DNA of 64,000 bases, taken from positions 62,001-126,000 of the forward strand of contig JBLWGC010000202.1 in assembly GCA_048772705.1 (NCBI GenBank), given 5' to 3'. The DNA is from Leidyana gryllorum EB-2025a. Taxonomy: Eukaryota > Protista > Apicomplexa. Position numbers and translations under genes: made by a program. The notes beneath the pieces are model-generated. The model was not told the DNA's origin and ran no database searches. It saw only the letters and a list, made by a program, of their open reading frames with translations. Shown here piece after piece: positions 44,701 through 58,718 of this stretch; position 1 is the first letter of the stretch; each line of letters begins with the position of its first letter.

Positions 44701-47700
44701 TATCTGCAGGAGTCCTTTGTCGACGCAGTCCATAACCAAATGCATTGGCAAGAAAAGATGACGAGTGCCCACGGAGTTCAAAGCAAATACGTCCACGTGG
44801 GTAACGCAATGACACGCTTTATGGCCGCCAAGTCGAACGAAGCGGGACGGCTCTCGAAGGATTATGTCAGACAGCAGTTGGTGGACTTTAACCGCGTATC
44901 CCATCTCGACGCGGCTGTTACTCCGGATGGACTGATCAACAAGAACCCGTCTCAAGTCTTGATGGAGGGAAGTCAAGTTCCGCCACAATGGCCCGCCGAT
45001 CCTAACCGACCCGTTCAGAATCAAGCCATTAATGGATGGCTGACAGCTGAACAGCGTGAGTTGTTCCGATCGAAAGGGACGCTGACGATCGGAGAGGAAG
45101 AGGACCTCAAGTTGCGAATGAAACAGGAGAAGGTCCAGCAGCAGGACGAACCTGTTCGTCTGAAGGCTATTGACTGTGATGTGAGAAACACGTGGAATCA
45201 GACGCGGTATTTGGCGACGATGCGCAATGGAGTTGACTGGCGGAAGCTGTCAAAGAAGGAGATGGCAGTGCAGTTGGCTGGAGAGATTGAAGAACTCAAG
45301 AAGATGGGTGCTGATAATGATAGAATCCGTCGCGCCATTCTTCATACCCTGACGTCGTATCCCGAGATCTCTCTTCACTTCCCGAATGTGGCCAAATTGT
45401 TGGGGACCGATCGGCTGTGGGGTCCCGGGCCGGATGTGGAGACTCGAAAATTGATCAGTTCGAGTGGGAGAGCCTTGGGGCTGGAGCCGCCTCCGGGACC
45501 CGTGGGACGTGCTGCCCCTCCTCTGCCGAATCGATCTCATTTGCTGCTTAGCGGGAAGCTTTCGCGAGGTGACGGGTCTCTGAAACGTCCGGTATTGCAC
45601 CATCCGAGTTGGTGCTGGCAGGGAGAGAAAGGTACAAAAGCCTCCGAGTTGCCATTCGAGTCTCCGCTGCGATATGTCAGTCGTATCCTCCAAATCAATG
45701 ATCAGCGCCAACAATATCATAGAATGTTAGGCGCGGGAGGCAGTACAGTGGCATCGACCCAAAGGCCATATCTCGTTATGCCTTCAGAACTGACGCGTAT
45801 GCGTATGCAACGACTTATTGAAGACTATTTCGCTGGACGTCAAGATGTCTTCTTGACAATGTTTGACAAATTCTTCCAGGGCAACATGGGCAAACTGAGT
45901 TCCAAGAATAACGATTTGGTCAGTGGAGACGTGACTCTGTATCCCTTCCCTCGGAATGGTTTCTCGAGTATGGTGACCACCGGTGCCAAAGGAAGCAAAG
46001 TCAACTTTGCTATGATTTGTGGTATGCTCAGTCAACAGTCGCTGGAAGGCAAACGAGTGCCGCTGATGATCAGTGGGAAGAGTCATCCAAGTTTCGGAGT
46101 CTGGGATTTGGGTGCCCGCGCTGGTGGCCTCATCACAGATCGTTTCCTGACCGGTCTGAGGCCCCCTGACTACTTTTTCCACTGTATGGCTGGTCGTGAA
46201 GGTCTGGTGGATACCGCTGTCAAGACGGCCCGTTCCGGATATCTGCAGCGATGTGTTATGAAGAGTCTGGAAGGTATGACGGTGGCGTATGATGGCAGTG
46301 TCCGAGAATCTGATGGGAGTGTCATCCAGTTCACTTACGGCGAAGACGGGGCGGATGTGTGTCGGATGACATATTTGGATAATCTCAATGACCTTCTCGC
46401 CAACCCGGCCATCATCAAAGCCAAATTCGGCTCCGAGTTCAAACTCAAGAATGAACAATTGGCATCGAGACTGAAGGCCGTAGAGACGGCAGAGTTGAGA
46501 CGCAAGCGGCGGGAAGCTTCGATGATGGATGAGGAAGACGTCGGCTACAAGAAAGAATCTGACCCTTTGGCTAAGGATTTGCCTCCGCTGCAGTATCCCG
46601 GCAGTATCAGTGAATGGTATGCGGATACCGCCCGGAAACAATTGTCCAAGACATTGGCGTCAAACCCCATCATCAAACGTGACCTGGCTGAGGCAGGCCT
46701 GTTGGATGTGGACAAGAGTGAAGACATCGATGCGGTGTGGTGGGAGAAGAATACATACGGCGAGGACGTCGGTATGAGTGCCTTGAGCCGTCTCCTTCGA
46801 CTGAAATTCACCAATGCCTTGGCTGATCCCGGAGATGCTGTGGGAGTGCTGGCATCCCAGTCAATGGGAGAACCCGCTACCCAGATGACACTCAATACTT
46901 TCCACTTGGCTGGTCACGGTGCCGCTAACGTGACTCTCGGTATCCCTCGTTTGAGAGAGATTCTGCAGACTGCAGGTGACGCCGCGACACCCGTCTTGTA
47001 CATCCCAGTCAAGGGGGAGGAGAAGGCGGAGTACACACACAACGCGAGCAAAGTGTTGTTGGGTTTCCGGAAGATCAATTTGGCTGATGTCATCAACTCG
47101 ATAGGAGTCGAGGCGAACATCCACTGGCAACCGGGTGACAAGAAGCTGCCAGAGAACAGTGGGAACGCTGAGTACAATATGGGGTTATACGATAAGAAAC
47201 CTGCTTATGCAGACTCGCTGGGCAAAGGACGGAAGTTCTGGAAGTACGAAGCCACAATTCAGTTCGAGAATCTCGAGCATTTCTGCAAAGTCGTTCCCAA
47301 ATACACTCCGCAAAAGATTGTCAATATGACGATCAATAGGGCTGTTAAAGAGATGATGAAAACTGTCAACAAGTTGGTCTCGGTGACCTCCATCAAGATG
47401 TCTCAGGAAGTATATGACAGTGGAGATGATGAACTTGAGCATCCAGTCGAGCGCTATGTGTTCTCGCGTAATCTTCGTACAATCATCGACAAGAAAAAGG
47501 CCACACACGAACTCTACAAGTCGGCCGGTGTAGGATTCGGCGGCACCAAAGACAATGCTTTCGGTGCGGGCGATGAGGATGGCGAGGGTGGTGCTGGAGA
47601 CATGGATCTTTTGACATCAGCCGATGCCGGAATGATCTATCGGAAAGGCAATGCAACTCGCGGCGGAAAAGATGCGGACGGAGCCGATGCTGGAGACGAT

Positions 47701-48896
47701 GATGAGGGCGCTGCAGCGGATGTCGAAGAGGAAGACGGGGCTCTGCCCGATAGTGACAATAGCATTGACGATAGCGAAGACGACCTCGAGGACCCCGAAG
47801 GTATCGATGGCGAAGCCCAACCGCCCGAAGAAGGTGAAGAGGACGCCGCCGCCGACACGGGCGCCGAGACGGGCACGGAAGCCGGCGGCGATGAAGAAGA
47901 AGAAGATACCGAAGCTGAGGATAAAATTCGAAACCTCGCCAAGCGCAAGACAGCCGATACCAAAAAGATTGCTGGCTTGGACAAATGGCACTACGACAAG
48001 AAGAGACACATCGTGAGACGAGAAGTACCTTTGGAACGGGGATTGGAACCCGACGAGCTCGAAGCGGAGGCCCTACACTCTGATGGTGGGGGAGCAGCCT
48101 TCAGGAGTAAACAGCTGCCCGATGACGCCTTCCGCTTCTTGAGCGACATTCAAGTCTGCAACAAAACATGGAGAATAGTGTTCAAGTTTGGGTGGCCGTA
48201 TGAGAAATGTCCTCGCCGTATAGAGTTCCTCCCGAGCTTCACGAGAATCATTCAGAAACAGACCCTTCAGAACACTCCCGGTGTCGCGAACCCTCACGTT
48301 GTTGGAGAAGCGGACGCCACTACGCCAAAGGCCCGTGGATCCAAGAAGAAGGTCGCCTGTGAAGTACAATGCGAGGGGTCCAACTTGCAGTGGGTGTCGC
48401 AATTGTCTGACTTGTATGTCGACCACACCAAGTAAGTTTCACACAATGTCGGCCAAATACTGTTGTAGGATCTCGACCAACGACATTCGAGCAATGTTCA
48501 AGTTCTATGGAGTGGAGTGTGGCCGCGCATGTGTCATCGGCGAGCTCGCCCGAGTATTCGGAGTGTATGGCATTGATGTCAACTTCAGACATCTCAGTCT
48601 AATCGCAGACGCTATGACTTGCAGCGGACACTTCAGAGCCTTCAGCCGAATGGGAATGCAACATAACCCGAGCCCGCTTCTGCAAATGAGCTTCGAAACC
48701 TCAATCAAATTCTTGACAGAAGGTGTCGAGAGAGGTGCCATCGGTGAGTCATCAACACACAGTACACTCTCCAACTGTCTCATCCTTCATAGACAACCTT
48801 ATCACCCCCGCTGGAGCCATTGTGGTGGGTCGAAGTACCTTCGTCGGAACTGGAATGTCTCGAGTCCTTACCAAACTCGATTTGCGCTCACACTAA
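41702..48896 (+). CDS. RPA190: RNA polymerase I largest subunit, 5 exons
   Basis: CATC...CPGHLGRIEL, MMGKRVN, NRQPSLH, YNADFDGDEMN, GREGLVDTAVKTARSGYLQR, GEPATQMTLNTFHLAG, NVTLGIPRL, acidic expander-like region, YGIDVNFRHLSLIAD. Four GT-AG introns. Confidence 0.95.
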
Positions 48897-49346
48897 ATAA
48901 CTCAGTCTAGTCTCTCTCCGCGTGCTCAACCGCCATATCTCGATTATAAATGACTGGGGGTGGGAAAGATCGCGTGCACTTATTTTACCACAATTATACT
49001 GTCGGTACACACATCACCAACTCGGCATCTGCCTTCCATTCAAATGACTTTGGCCCAGGGGCTCCACCCGCGGAATGAAACTCCGCATTAAACACTTACG
49101 GGTCAAGCGAAACCGCTGGCTGCTTGTCGATGGAGGTGATCTTCCGAAGTTCTTTGCAAGTCAATCTATGATGTACATCGCCATGTAATGCATACGCTGG
49201 CCTGTAAGTAAGCCATCACCATGTCGCAAGTGCCCAGCATCATGAGGTCAAAATGCGCTCTAACCAGCGAGATACCAGCGAACAATGCTCGCCGGTATCA
49301 ACACAACGGGATATTGCATTTTGAGAGCAAGGGATCGTGGCAAGCC

Positions 49347-49476
49347 CACCCATTCATTCTCCCACAACTCGAGTACTTGAATATCAGTGCGCACCGAGTT
49401 ATGTGAAGGGTCCCTCTATACTGACGCTCCAGAATTGGAGAGTTTGGCTGTCAAAAGGCACCAACTTGTCTTCGTC
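49347..49476 (+). pseudogene. Frameshifted fragment of the F-box-like family
   Basis: HPFILPQLEYLNI.../GSLYTDAPELESLAVKRHQLVFV aligns to HTLNFPELKFLDL...GSLHIDAPKLECLAVKRHQLPFI across a frameshift. Confidence 0.7.
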
Positions 49477-49814
49477 GCCGAAAAGACAAAGTCATTGGGT
49501 ACGCCACCCACACATCCCACTTTCAGTCTCGACCACTGTTGGTAACTACATCAAACCGCCAGGTCAGGTGAGGACTTCCTCCCGATTCGTGTGATCTCAG
49601 TCCACCTCCTTCGCACTGTCTGCCGCTTGCACCGAGAAAAGGTGACACTCGTTAAACGCGATCCTGCAAGTGACAGATGAGGGTGGACTGCAGGCAATGC
49701 GGAGGACAATGGCGAGAGCGATGTGAAGGGCGGAGATGGCTTACTCTCGACCTCAATCGAGCAGCCCACGGGAATGACGACAATCAGTCACTGGGCTGCC
49801 GTCGGCTGGGCCTC

Positions 49815-49850
49815 CCGCAACACTTGCCGAATCCGCAACACTTGCCGAAT
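49815..49850. repeat. 18-bp direct tandem duplication
   Basis: CCGCAACACTTGCCGAAT x2. Confidence 0.85.
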
Positions 49851-50130
49851 CCTGACACCACAGCTTCTGCATTTCTGTGTGGATCCAGAAATAGGAAACC
49901 CCCAGACATCTGCAGGGGGGTTTTCTCAACCCAATAGTCACAATCAATGCCCACCTGCACATCGCCCGCAGCTCAGTGAGTGTTTAGACCGAACTGTGGA
50001 AACGAGAGACTGATGTCACTTTTGTTGAGCAATCCCCCTCGGCTGCTCTCACTTTTCATCAAACCTTCTCACCCCACCGCCACCTATCGGTCCATAGAAC
50101 AGTATCATCTCACATTGTGCCGAGAGAGTG

Positions 50131-52100
50131 TCAGGACGCCTGCGGGGTGTCGCTGTGGGGGAACACTCTGGAACGCAAACTGAGGGGACAGACAGCCGGT
50201 AATGCCACAGGGACCCCCATATCTTCTAAATCTCCAAATCGTTGATTGATCAACATACTGCTCAGCCACGCATCCCGTGAGGGGATTATGATGAAATCAT
50301 CGAAGATACCGCCAACAGAGATCTGCGCCTCCTTCAGCGTCGCTTCCAGCATTTTGGAGTACCACTGACTCACGATCAATCTCGGAACGGAAGTGTGGTA
50401 AGTGGAGTTCAAACGAGCGGAGTCAGTTCGAAGACTCTTCTCGCGGAACGGTGCCCACTCCTCGCCATCCCCAACTGACTGAGCCGTCAGATACGTATCG
50501 ATCTCATCAGCCGAACACCCGATGTACTTCAGCATAGCCCGGAGAGTGGCATCAGTATAGAGTCCGGAGACGAGTTCCAATTGCACCTTAGGCCACGGGT
50601 ATTGCAGAAGGGCTGCTGCTTGGAGGCCGAAACGGATTCGAAGGCCCTTCCGTCGCCAAATAGAGTGCCCAATCAGAAACCAATCAGTCAACTGTGCGAT
50701 TCTCAAAGGTATCCCGGTAACACCGACATAGTGGATTTGACAGCTCTCAATCAAACGTCGAATTGCTTCGGGTGGGTCATCGCGTTTGGTGTGAAGGCAC
50801 AGAACTCGAACACAATCGGGAGACCAACATGGAGGCGACCCGCCTTTGGACAGTGTCTCAATGAGCTCCCAACCCTTTAGCGGTAATTCAATCCGCTTCA
50901 AACTCTGAAAGGGTAAATCGTTGATGGATTCTTCTGTCAGAGTCGGAATGGAGTTGGTGTTGACATAGAAAATCCGTCTCAGCTCGGCCCAATGGAGTCG
51001 ATGTCGGAAGCCGGTGGCACTCAGATACGCTGTGTGATCACTCGCCTGCCCAGTGCACGTGGGCGGGTATACAGCGGGAGGTTCGGTCAAAGGGAGCGCC
51101 TGCCAACAGGGAGACAATGATTCCAGATCCTGTGTGCGTGCCAACCGGAACCATCCTAAACTCGAATACGCGTGCGGGAGAAGTGCCCCATTCTCCTGAC
51201 GCTCGATGACCCACCATTGCGCTGGAAGCACGTGTTGGTACTGAGATCTTTCCAGGAATCTGCGACAAAGCGGATGCATATGACGCTCGCGGTCGGTCCA
51301 CTCTCTCATAAGATAATCGACAACCATTCGCGCCTCTCTGCATTCTGTCCAATGAGAACCGCAAAAACCCCTCACCTCGCGCTTTTTGGCCACGTGTAGG
51401 TGGTTACGTAGTGCAATTCCGGTCGGGCACTCGCCCAATCTCGCGGGTGAGGCAGAAAGTCCAATAAGAATGGAGATGTCTTCCAACCGCCGTTCACCTC
51501 GGATACGGGGACGTCTTTACCTTTGAAGATCCAATACTTGAATTCTGGATTCGTCACCACCACAATCATGTCATCGGGTCCGTCACCCACAGCCTGACGC
51601 AGTGCAAGCGCCACATTGTGGTCAATGAAAGGAAGCTGGTGCCTTTTGACAGCTAAGCACTCCAATTTCGGAGCATCAATATGTAGCGATCCTGTGGAGA
51701 AGTTGGACCTAATAAGATCCAAAAACTTCAGCTCGGGAAAGTTCAACGTATGGGATCCCCCTCTCTTGGGGAACGCACCGATCACCGCCTCAGTCAGCCT
51801 GGGGACACCCCACTGGCACATCTTCTCCAAAATGTCAATGATGGTGCGCGCTTCTACTCCATCCCCGAACAACTCCATAGATTCCAGGTGAGGGCACGAT
51901 CTGCGGAGCCACACTTCGAACCACGAGGCGCGTTGTACCCAGACCCACTGTCCCGAGTGGAGGTAGAGCTGTTCGGCAACCAACAATGAACTTTCCGAAT
52001 GCAGAATGTTGTAGATCTGTTTGGAGATCCCTGCCAGTCGTGTCAGCTCCCACAACGGCAGAAAGCCCAGAATTTGGGCCCAGATGAGGTCGCTAAGCAT
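50131..52100 (-). CDS. F-box-like protein with unknown C-terminal domain, copy 1 (2 exons, ~640 aa)
   Basis: N-terminal LSDLIWAQILGFLPLWELTRLAGISKQIYNIL is F-box-like. A 38-nt intron 51338-51375 (GTGAGG...TGCAG) joins the 242-aa and 451-aa ORFs. Confidence 0.75.
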
Positions 52101-53281
52101 TTGTCAGCACCAAAGGTTGGGGGAGTGTGTTTGCGCACCCGTGTGCGAGCTGTAACAAGTGGCCCGCCAGTGCCGTGTAGTGATTCCGCCGCATTTCCCG
52201 GACACCATAGAGCAATATGTCCCGTGTCTCGCTTCTTACAATCCCTTCTGACCTCGTGGTCGCTGGCTGCTCCATAAACGGCAACCGGATGCAGCATATG
52301 GCAATTGACGGCAAATGCTGGCTTCCAACCCTTCTCTTCACCATTGGGAAAGATCAAAGAAGTTTCATTTTTGGGTCTCAGCAGCAAGCCAGCATCCCGG
52401 CTAAGATGCTCTCGAACATCCAGTACAGTCACGCCTTGCTGGGCAATCATCACATTCAGGTTATGGTCTATCATCACTCTCTCCATCAACGAGTCGAAGA
52501 GGCCGTTCCACCACGCAGCGAGCAATCAGTCCACATCGTCAGACTCCATGAAAGATTCCATGGCCTCAATTTAAGCGGCTTTTGTGATCATTCTCTGTAC
52601 GGCAGACGACTGCTTTTGCAGTCCTACGAAATTGTTCTATCTATCTAAAGTCGGTACCTAGGGCCTCAACTATGCGTGGAACTATGCGTGGCTCCACCAA
52701 CGTCAGTATGCAACGCGTACTCCCCGGTCTTCACGGCACAATGGGCACAATGGGCTCTTCGGGCTGCATGAAGGGAGGTACTGTAGGCGGCACGGAGGCA
52801 GCTGCTGGGGGCGCCGTTGCAGATGACGGTGGGTCAGATTGCCCGATCCTCGCAACTTGATGTTCCACATTCGCAATTCTCCAAACAGTTTCCAGCATAG
52901 CTGAGCTCAGATCGAGAAGCTAAGGGCAAATACGCTCCGTCGCCACGCTGCCGTCGTTTGAGCCTCCAATCCCGGCCCCAATCCTCCACAGCAGCTCGAG
53001 CACTTCCGTGCGCACTTCTGTTTCCATTTATTTATCATGGCAGAAACAAGTAGGCACCAGAAGTCTGCAGAAACATTATCGTCAATCGGATCGAGTCGAA
53101 GTTGCGCCTGGCCCAATAGGTAGAACAGCAGCGAGCCTTTACGCCTGCGCTTTACTTAACTCTTCGTCGTCGCCCGCTCAGTTTCGCGGAAGGCTCGGCC
53201 TACTCATATGTGGAATATGAATCCCAATCCGACTGCCAGAAACAGTTCCAACACTCCAAATACCGCTGCCGAGCAGCTCAT
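52093..53281 (-). pseudogene. Decayed TM/coiled-coil partner gene, copy 1
   Basis: MSCSAAVFGVLELFLAVGLGF..., RIANVEHQVARI; several stops and frameshifts relative to the 58711-60060 homolog. Confidence 0.5.
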
Positions 53282-53434
53282 TGAGTATTCAAAAAGAAGT
53301 GTGAAAATGAAGGACTGATGTTAGTTTTGAGCGACCCCACTGCCAGTGCTTCTTTCCCTGTCGCATAGAGTCTTCTCGTCCGACGCCAAATTGTTTGACA
53401 GAACAGTATCATCTCACATTGTGCCGAGAGAGTG

Positions 53435-55407
53435 TCAGGACGCCTGTGGGGTGTCGCTGTGGGGGAACACTCTGGAACGCAAACTGAGGGGACAGACAGC
53501 CGGCAATGCCACAGGGACCCCCATATCTTCTAAATCTCCAAATCGTTGATTGATCAACATACTGCTCAGCCACGCATCCCGTGAGGGGATTATGATGAAA
53601 TCATCGAAGATACCGCCAACAGAGATCTGCGCCTCCTTCAGCGTCGCTTCCAGCATTTTGGAGTACCACTGACTCAGGATCAATCTCGGAACGGAAGTGT
53701 GGTAAGTGGAGTTCAAACGAGCGGAGTCAGTTCGACGACTCTTCTCGCGGAACGGTGCCCACTCCTCGCCATCCCCAACTGACTGAGCCGTCAGATACGT
53801 ATCGATCTCATCAGCCGAACACCCGATGTACTTCAGCATAGCCCGGAGAGTGGCATCGGTATAGAGTCCGGCGACGAGCTCCAATTGCACCTTAGGCCAC
53901 GGATATTGCAGAAGGGCTGCTGCTTGGAGGCCGAAACGGATTCGAAGGCCCTTCCGTCGCCAAATAGAGTGCCCAATCAGAAACCAATCAGTCAACTGTG
54001 CGATTCTCAAAAGTATCCCGGTAACACCGACATAGTGGATTTGACAGCTCTCAATCAAACGTCGAATTGCTTCCGGTGGGTCATCGCGTTTGGTGTGAAG
54101 GCACAGAACTCGAACACAATCGGGAGGCCAACATGGGGGCGACCCGCCTTTGGACAGTGTCTCAATGAGCTCCCAACCCTTTAGCGGTAATTCAATCCGC
54201 TTCAAACTCTGAAAGGGTAAATCGTTGATGGATTCTTCTGTCAGAGTCGGAATGGAGTCGGTGTTGACATAGAAAATTTGTCTTAGCTCGGCCCAATGGA
54301 GTCGACGTCGGAAGCCGGTGGCACTCAGATACGCTGTGTGATCACTCGCCTGCCCAGTCGTGGGCGGGTATACAGCGGGAGGTTCGGTCAAAGGGAGCGC
54401 CTGCCAACAGGGAGACAATGATTCCAGATCCTGTGTGCGTGCCAACCGAAACCATCCTAAACTCGAATACGCGTGCGGGAGAAGTGCTCCATTCTCCTGA
54501 CGCTCGATGACCCACCATTGCGCTGGAAGCACGTGTTGGTACTGAGATCTTTCCAGGAATCTGCGACAAAGCGGATGCATATGACGCTCGCGGTCGGTCC
54601 ACTCTCTCATAAGATAATCGACAACCATTCGCGCCTCTCTGCTTTCTGTCCAATGAGAACCGCAAAAACCCCTCACCTCGCGCTTTTTGGCCACGTGTAG
54701 GTGGTTCTGTACTGCAATTCCGGTCGGTCACTCGCCCAATCCCGCGGGTGAGGCAGATAGTCCAATAAGTACGGAGATGTCTTCCAACCGCCGTTCACCT
54801 CGGACACGGGAACGTCTTCACCTTTGGAGATCCAATACTTGAATTCTGGATTCGTCACCACCACAATTATGTCATCGGGTCCGTCACCTACAGCCTGACG
54901 CAGTGCAAGCGCCACATTGTGGTCAATGAAAGGAAGCTGGTGCCTTTTGACAGCTAAGCACTCCAATTTCGGAGCATCAATATGTAGCGATCCTGCGGAG
55001 AAGTTGGACCAAGTAAGATCCAAAAACTTCAGCTCGGGAAAGTTCAATGTATGGGATCCCCCCCTCTTGGGGAACGCACCGATCACCGCCTCAGTCAGCC
55101 TGGGGACACCCCACTGGCACATCTTCTCCAACATGTCAATGATGGTACGCGATTCTACTCCTACTCCACCCCCGATCCACTCCATAGATTCCAGGTGAGG
55201 GCACGATCTGCGGAGCCACACTTCGAACCACGAGGCGCGTTGTACCCAGACCCACTGTCCCGGGTGGAGGTAGAGCTGTTCGGCAACCAACAATGAACTT
55301 TCCGAATGCAGAATGTTGTAGATCTGTTTGGAGATCCCTGCCAGTCGTGTCAGCTCCCACAACGGCAGAAAGCCCAGAATTTGGGCCCAGATGAGGTCGC
55401 TAAGCAT
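53435..55407 (-). CDS. F-box-like protein, copy 2
   Basis: As copy 1; intron 54639-54676. Confidence 0.75.
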
Positions 55408-56595
55408 TTGTCAGCACCAAAGGTTGGGGGAGTGTGTTTGCGCACCCGTGTGCGAGCTGTAACAAGTGGCCCGCCAGTGCCGTGTAGTGATTCCGCCGCA
55501 GTTCCCGGACACCATAGAGCAATATGTCCCGTGTCGCGCTTCTTACAATCCCTTCTGACCTCGTGGTCGCTGGCTGCTCCATAAACGGCAACCGGATGCA
55601 GCATATGGCAATTGACGGCAAATGTTAGCTTCCAACCCTTCTCTTCACCATTGGGAAAGATCAAAGAAGTTTCATTTTTGGGTCTCAGCAGCAAGCCAGC
55701 ATCCCGGCTAAGATGCTCTTGAACATCCAGGACAGTCACGCCTTGCTGGGATATCATCACATTCAGATTATGGTCTATCATCACTCTCTCCATCAACGAG
55801 TCGAGGAGGCCGTTCCACAACGCAGCCAGCAATCAGTCCACATCGTCAGACTCCAAGAAAGATTCCATGGCCTCAATTTAAGCGGCTTTTGTGATCATTT
55901 TCTGTACGGCAGACGACTGCTTTTGCAGTCCTACGAAATTGTTCTATCTATCTAAAGTCGGTATCTAGGGCCTCAACTATGCGTGGAACTATGCGATGGC
56001 TCCACCAACGTCAGTATGCAACGTGTACTCCCCGGTCTTCACGGCACAATGGGCTCTTCGGGCTGCATGAAGGGAGGTACTGTAGGCGGCACGGAGGCAG
56101 CTGCTGGGGGCGCCGTTGTAGATGACGGTGGGTTAGATTGCCCGATCGTCGCAACTTGATGTTCCACATTCGCAATTCTCCAAACATTTTCCAGCATAGC
56201 TGAGCTCAGATCGAGAAGCTAAGGGCAAATACGCTCCGTCGCCACGCTGCCGTCGTTTGAGCCTCCAATCCCGGCCCCAATCCTCCACAGCAGCTCGAGC
56301 ACTTCCGTGCGCACTTCTGTTTCCATTTATCATGGCAGAAACAAGTAGGCACCAGAAGTCTGCAGAAACATTATCGTCAATCGGAAACATTATCGTCAAT
56401 CGGATCGAGTCGAAGTTGCGCCTGGCCCAATAGGTAGAACAGCAGCGAGCCTTTACGCCTGCGCTTTACTTAACTCTCCGTCGTCGCCCGCTCAGTTTCG
56501 CGGAAGGCTCGGCCTACTCATATGTGGAATATGAATCCCAATCCGACTGCCAGAAACAGTTCCAACACTCCAAATACCGCTGCCGAGCAGCTCAT
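55400..56595 (-). pseudogene. Decayed TM/coiled-coil partner gene, copy 2
   Basis: Near-identical to 52093-53281 with extra indels. Confidence 0.5.
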
Positions 56596-56748
56596 TGAGT
56601 ATTCAAAAAGAAGTGTGAAAATGAAGGACTGATGTTAGTTTTGAGCGACCCCACTGCCAGTGCTTCTTTCCCTGTCGCATAGAGTCTTCTCGTCCGACGC
56701 CAAATTGTTTGACAGAACAGTATCATCTCACATTGTGCCGAGAGAGTG

Positions 56749-58718
56749 TCAGGACGCCTGCGGGGTGTCGCTGTGGGGGAACACTCTGGAACGCAAACTG
56801 AGGGGACAGACAGCCGGCAATGCCACAGGGACCCCCATATCTTCTAAATCTCCAAATCGTTGATTGATCAACATACTGCTCAGCCACGCATCCCGTGAGG
56901 GGATTATGATGATTTTGTCGAAGATACCGCCAACAGAGATCTGCGCCTCCTTCAGCGTCGCTTCCAGCATTTTGGAGTACCACTGACTCACGATCAATCT
57001 CGGAACGGAAATGTGGTAAGTGGAGGTCAAACGAGCGGAGTCAGTTCGAAGACTCTTTTCGCGGAACGGTGCCCACTCCTCGCCATCCCCAACTGACTGA
57101 GCCGTCAGATACGTATCGATCTCATCAGCCGAACACCCGATGTACTTCAGCATAGCCCGGAGAGTGGCATCAGTATAGAGTCCGGAGACGAGTTCCAATT
57201 GCACCTTAGGCCACGGGTATTGCAGAAGGGCTGCTGCTTGGAGGCCGAAACGGATTCGAAGGCCCTTCCGTCGCCAAATAGAGTGCCCAATCAGAAACCA
57301 ATCAGTCAACTGTGCGATTCTCAAAGGTATCCCGGTAACACCGACATAGTGGATTTGACAGCTCTCAATCAAACGTCGAATTGCTTCCGGTGGGTCATCG
57401 CGTTTGGTGTGAAGGCACAGAACTCGAACACAATCGGGAGGCCAACATGGGGGCGACCCGCCTTTGGACAGTGTCTCAATGAGCTCCCAACCCTTTAGCG
57501 GTAATTCAATCCGCTTCAAACTCTGAAAGGGTAAATCGTTGATGGATTCTTCTGTCAGAGTCGGAATGGAGTCGGTGTTGACATAGAAAATCCGTCTCAG
57601 CTCGGCCCAATGGAGTCGACGTCGGAAGCCGGTGGCACTCAGATACGCTGTGTGATCACTCGCCTGCCCAGTGCACGTGGGCGGGTATACAGCGGGAGGT
57701 TCGGTCAAAGGGAGCGCTCTCCAACAGGGAGACAATGATTCCAGATCCTGTGTGCGTGCCAACCGAAACCATCCTAAACTCGAATAGGCGTGCGGGAGAA
57801 GTGCCCCATTCTCCTGAGGCTCTTTGACCCACCACTGCGCTGGAAGCACGTTTCGGTAATGAGATCTTTCCAGGAATCTGCGACAAAGCGGATGCATATG
57901 ACGCTCGCGGTCGGTCCACTCTCTCATAAGATAATTGACAACCATTCGCGCCTCTCTGCATTCTGTCCAATGAGAACCACAAACACCCCTCACCTCGCGC
58001 TTTTTGGCCACGTGTAGGTGGTTCTGTACTGCAATTCCGGTCGGTCACTCGCCCAATCCCGCGGGTGAGGCAGATAGTCCAATAAGTACGGAGATGTCTT
58101 CCAACCGCCGTTCACCTCGGATACGGGGACGTCTTTACCTTTGAAGATCCAATACTTGAATTCTGGATTCGTCACCACCACAATCATGTCATCGGGTCCG
58201 TCACCCACAGCCTGACGCAGTGCAAGCGCCACATTGTGGTCAATGAAAGGAAGCTGGTGCCTTTTGACAGCTAAGCACTCCAATTTCGGAGCATCAATAT
58301 GTAGCGATCCTGTGGAGAAGTTGGACCTAATAAGATCCAAAAACTTCAGCTCGGGAAAGTTCAACGTATGGGATCCCCCTCTCTTGGGGAACGCACCGAT
58401 CACCGCCTCAGTCAGCCTGGGGACACCCCACTGGCACATCTTCTCCAACATGTCAATGATGGTGCGCGCTTCTACTCCATCCCCGAACAACTCCATAGAT
58501 TCCAGGTGAGGGCACGATCTGCGGAGCCACATTTCGAACCACGAGGCGCGTTGTACCCAGACCCACTGTCCCGGGTGGAGGTAGAGCTGTTCGGCAACCA
58601 ACAATGAACTTTCCGAATGCAGAATGTTGTAGATCTGTTTGGAGATCCCTGCCAGTCGTGTCAGCTCCCACAACGGCAGAAAGCCCAGAATTTGGGCCCA
58701 GATGAGGTCGCTAAGCAT
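56749..58718 (-). CDS. F-box-like protein, copy 3
   Basis: As copy 1; intron 57956-57993. Confidence 0.75.

Noticed and set aside
44700-45850. Intein in RPA190
   Set aside because: No C/S-start with HN-end splice motifs or LAGLIDADG motifs seen.
51372-51486. Programmed ribosomal frameshift between overlapping ORFs
   Set aside because: A canonical 38-nt GT-AG intron, conserved in paralogs, explains the frame change.
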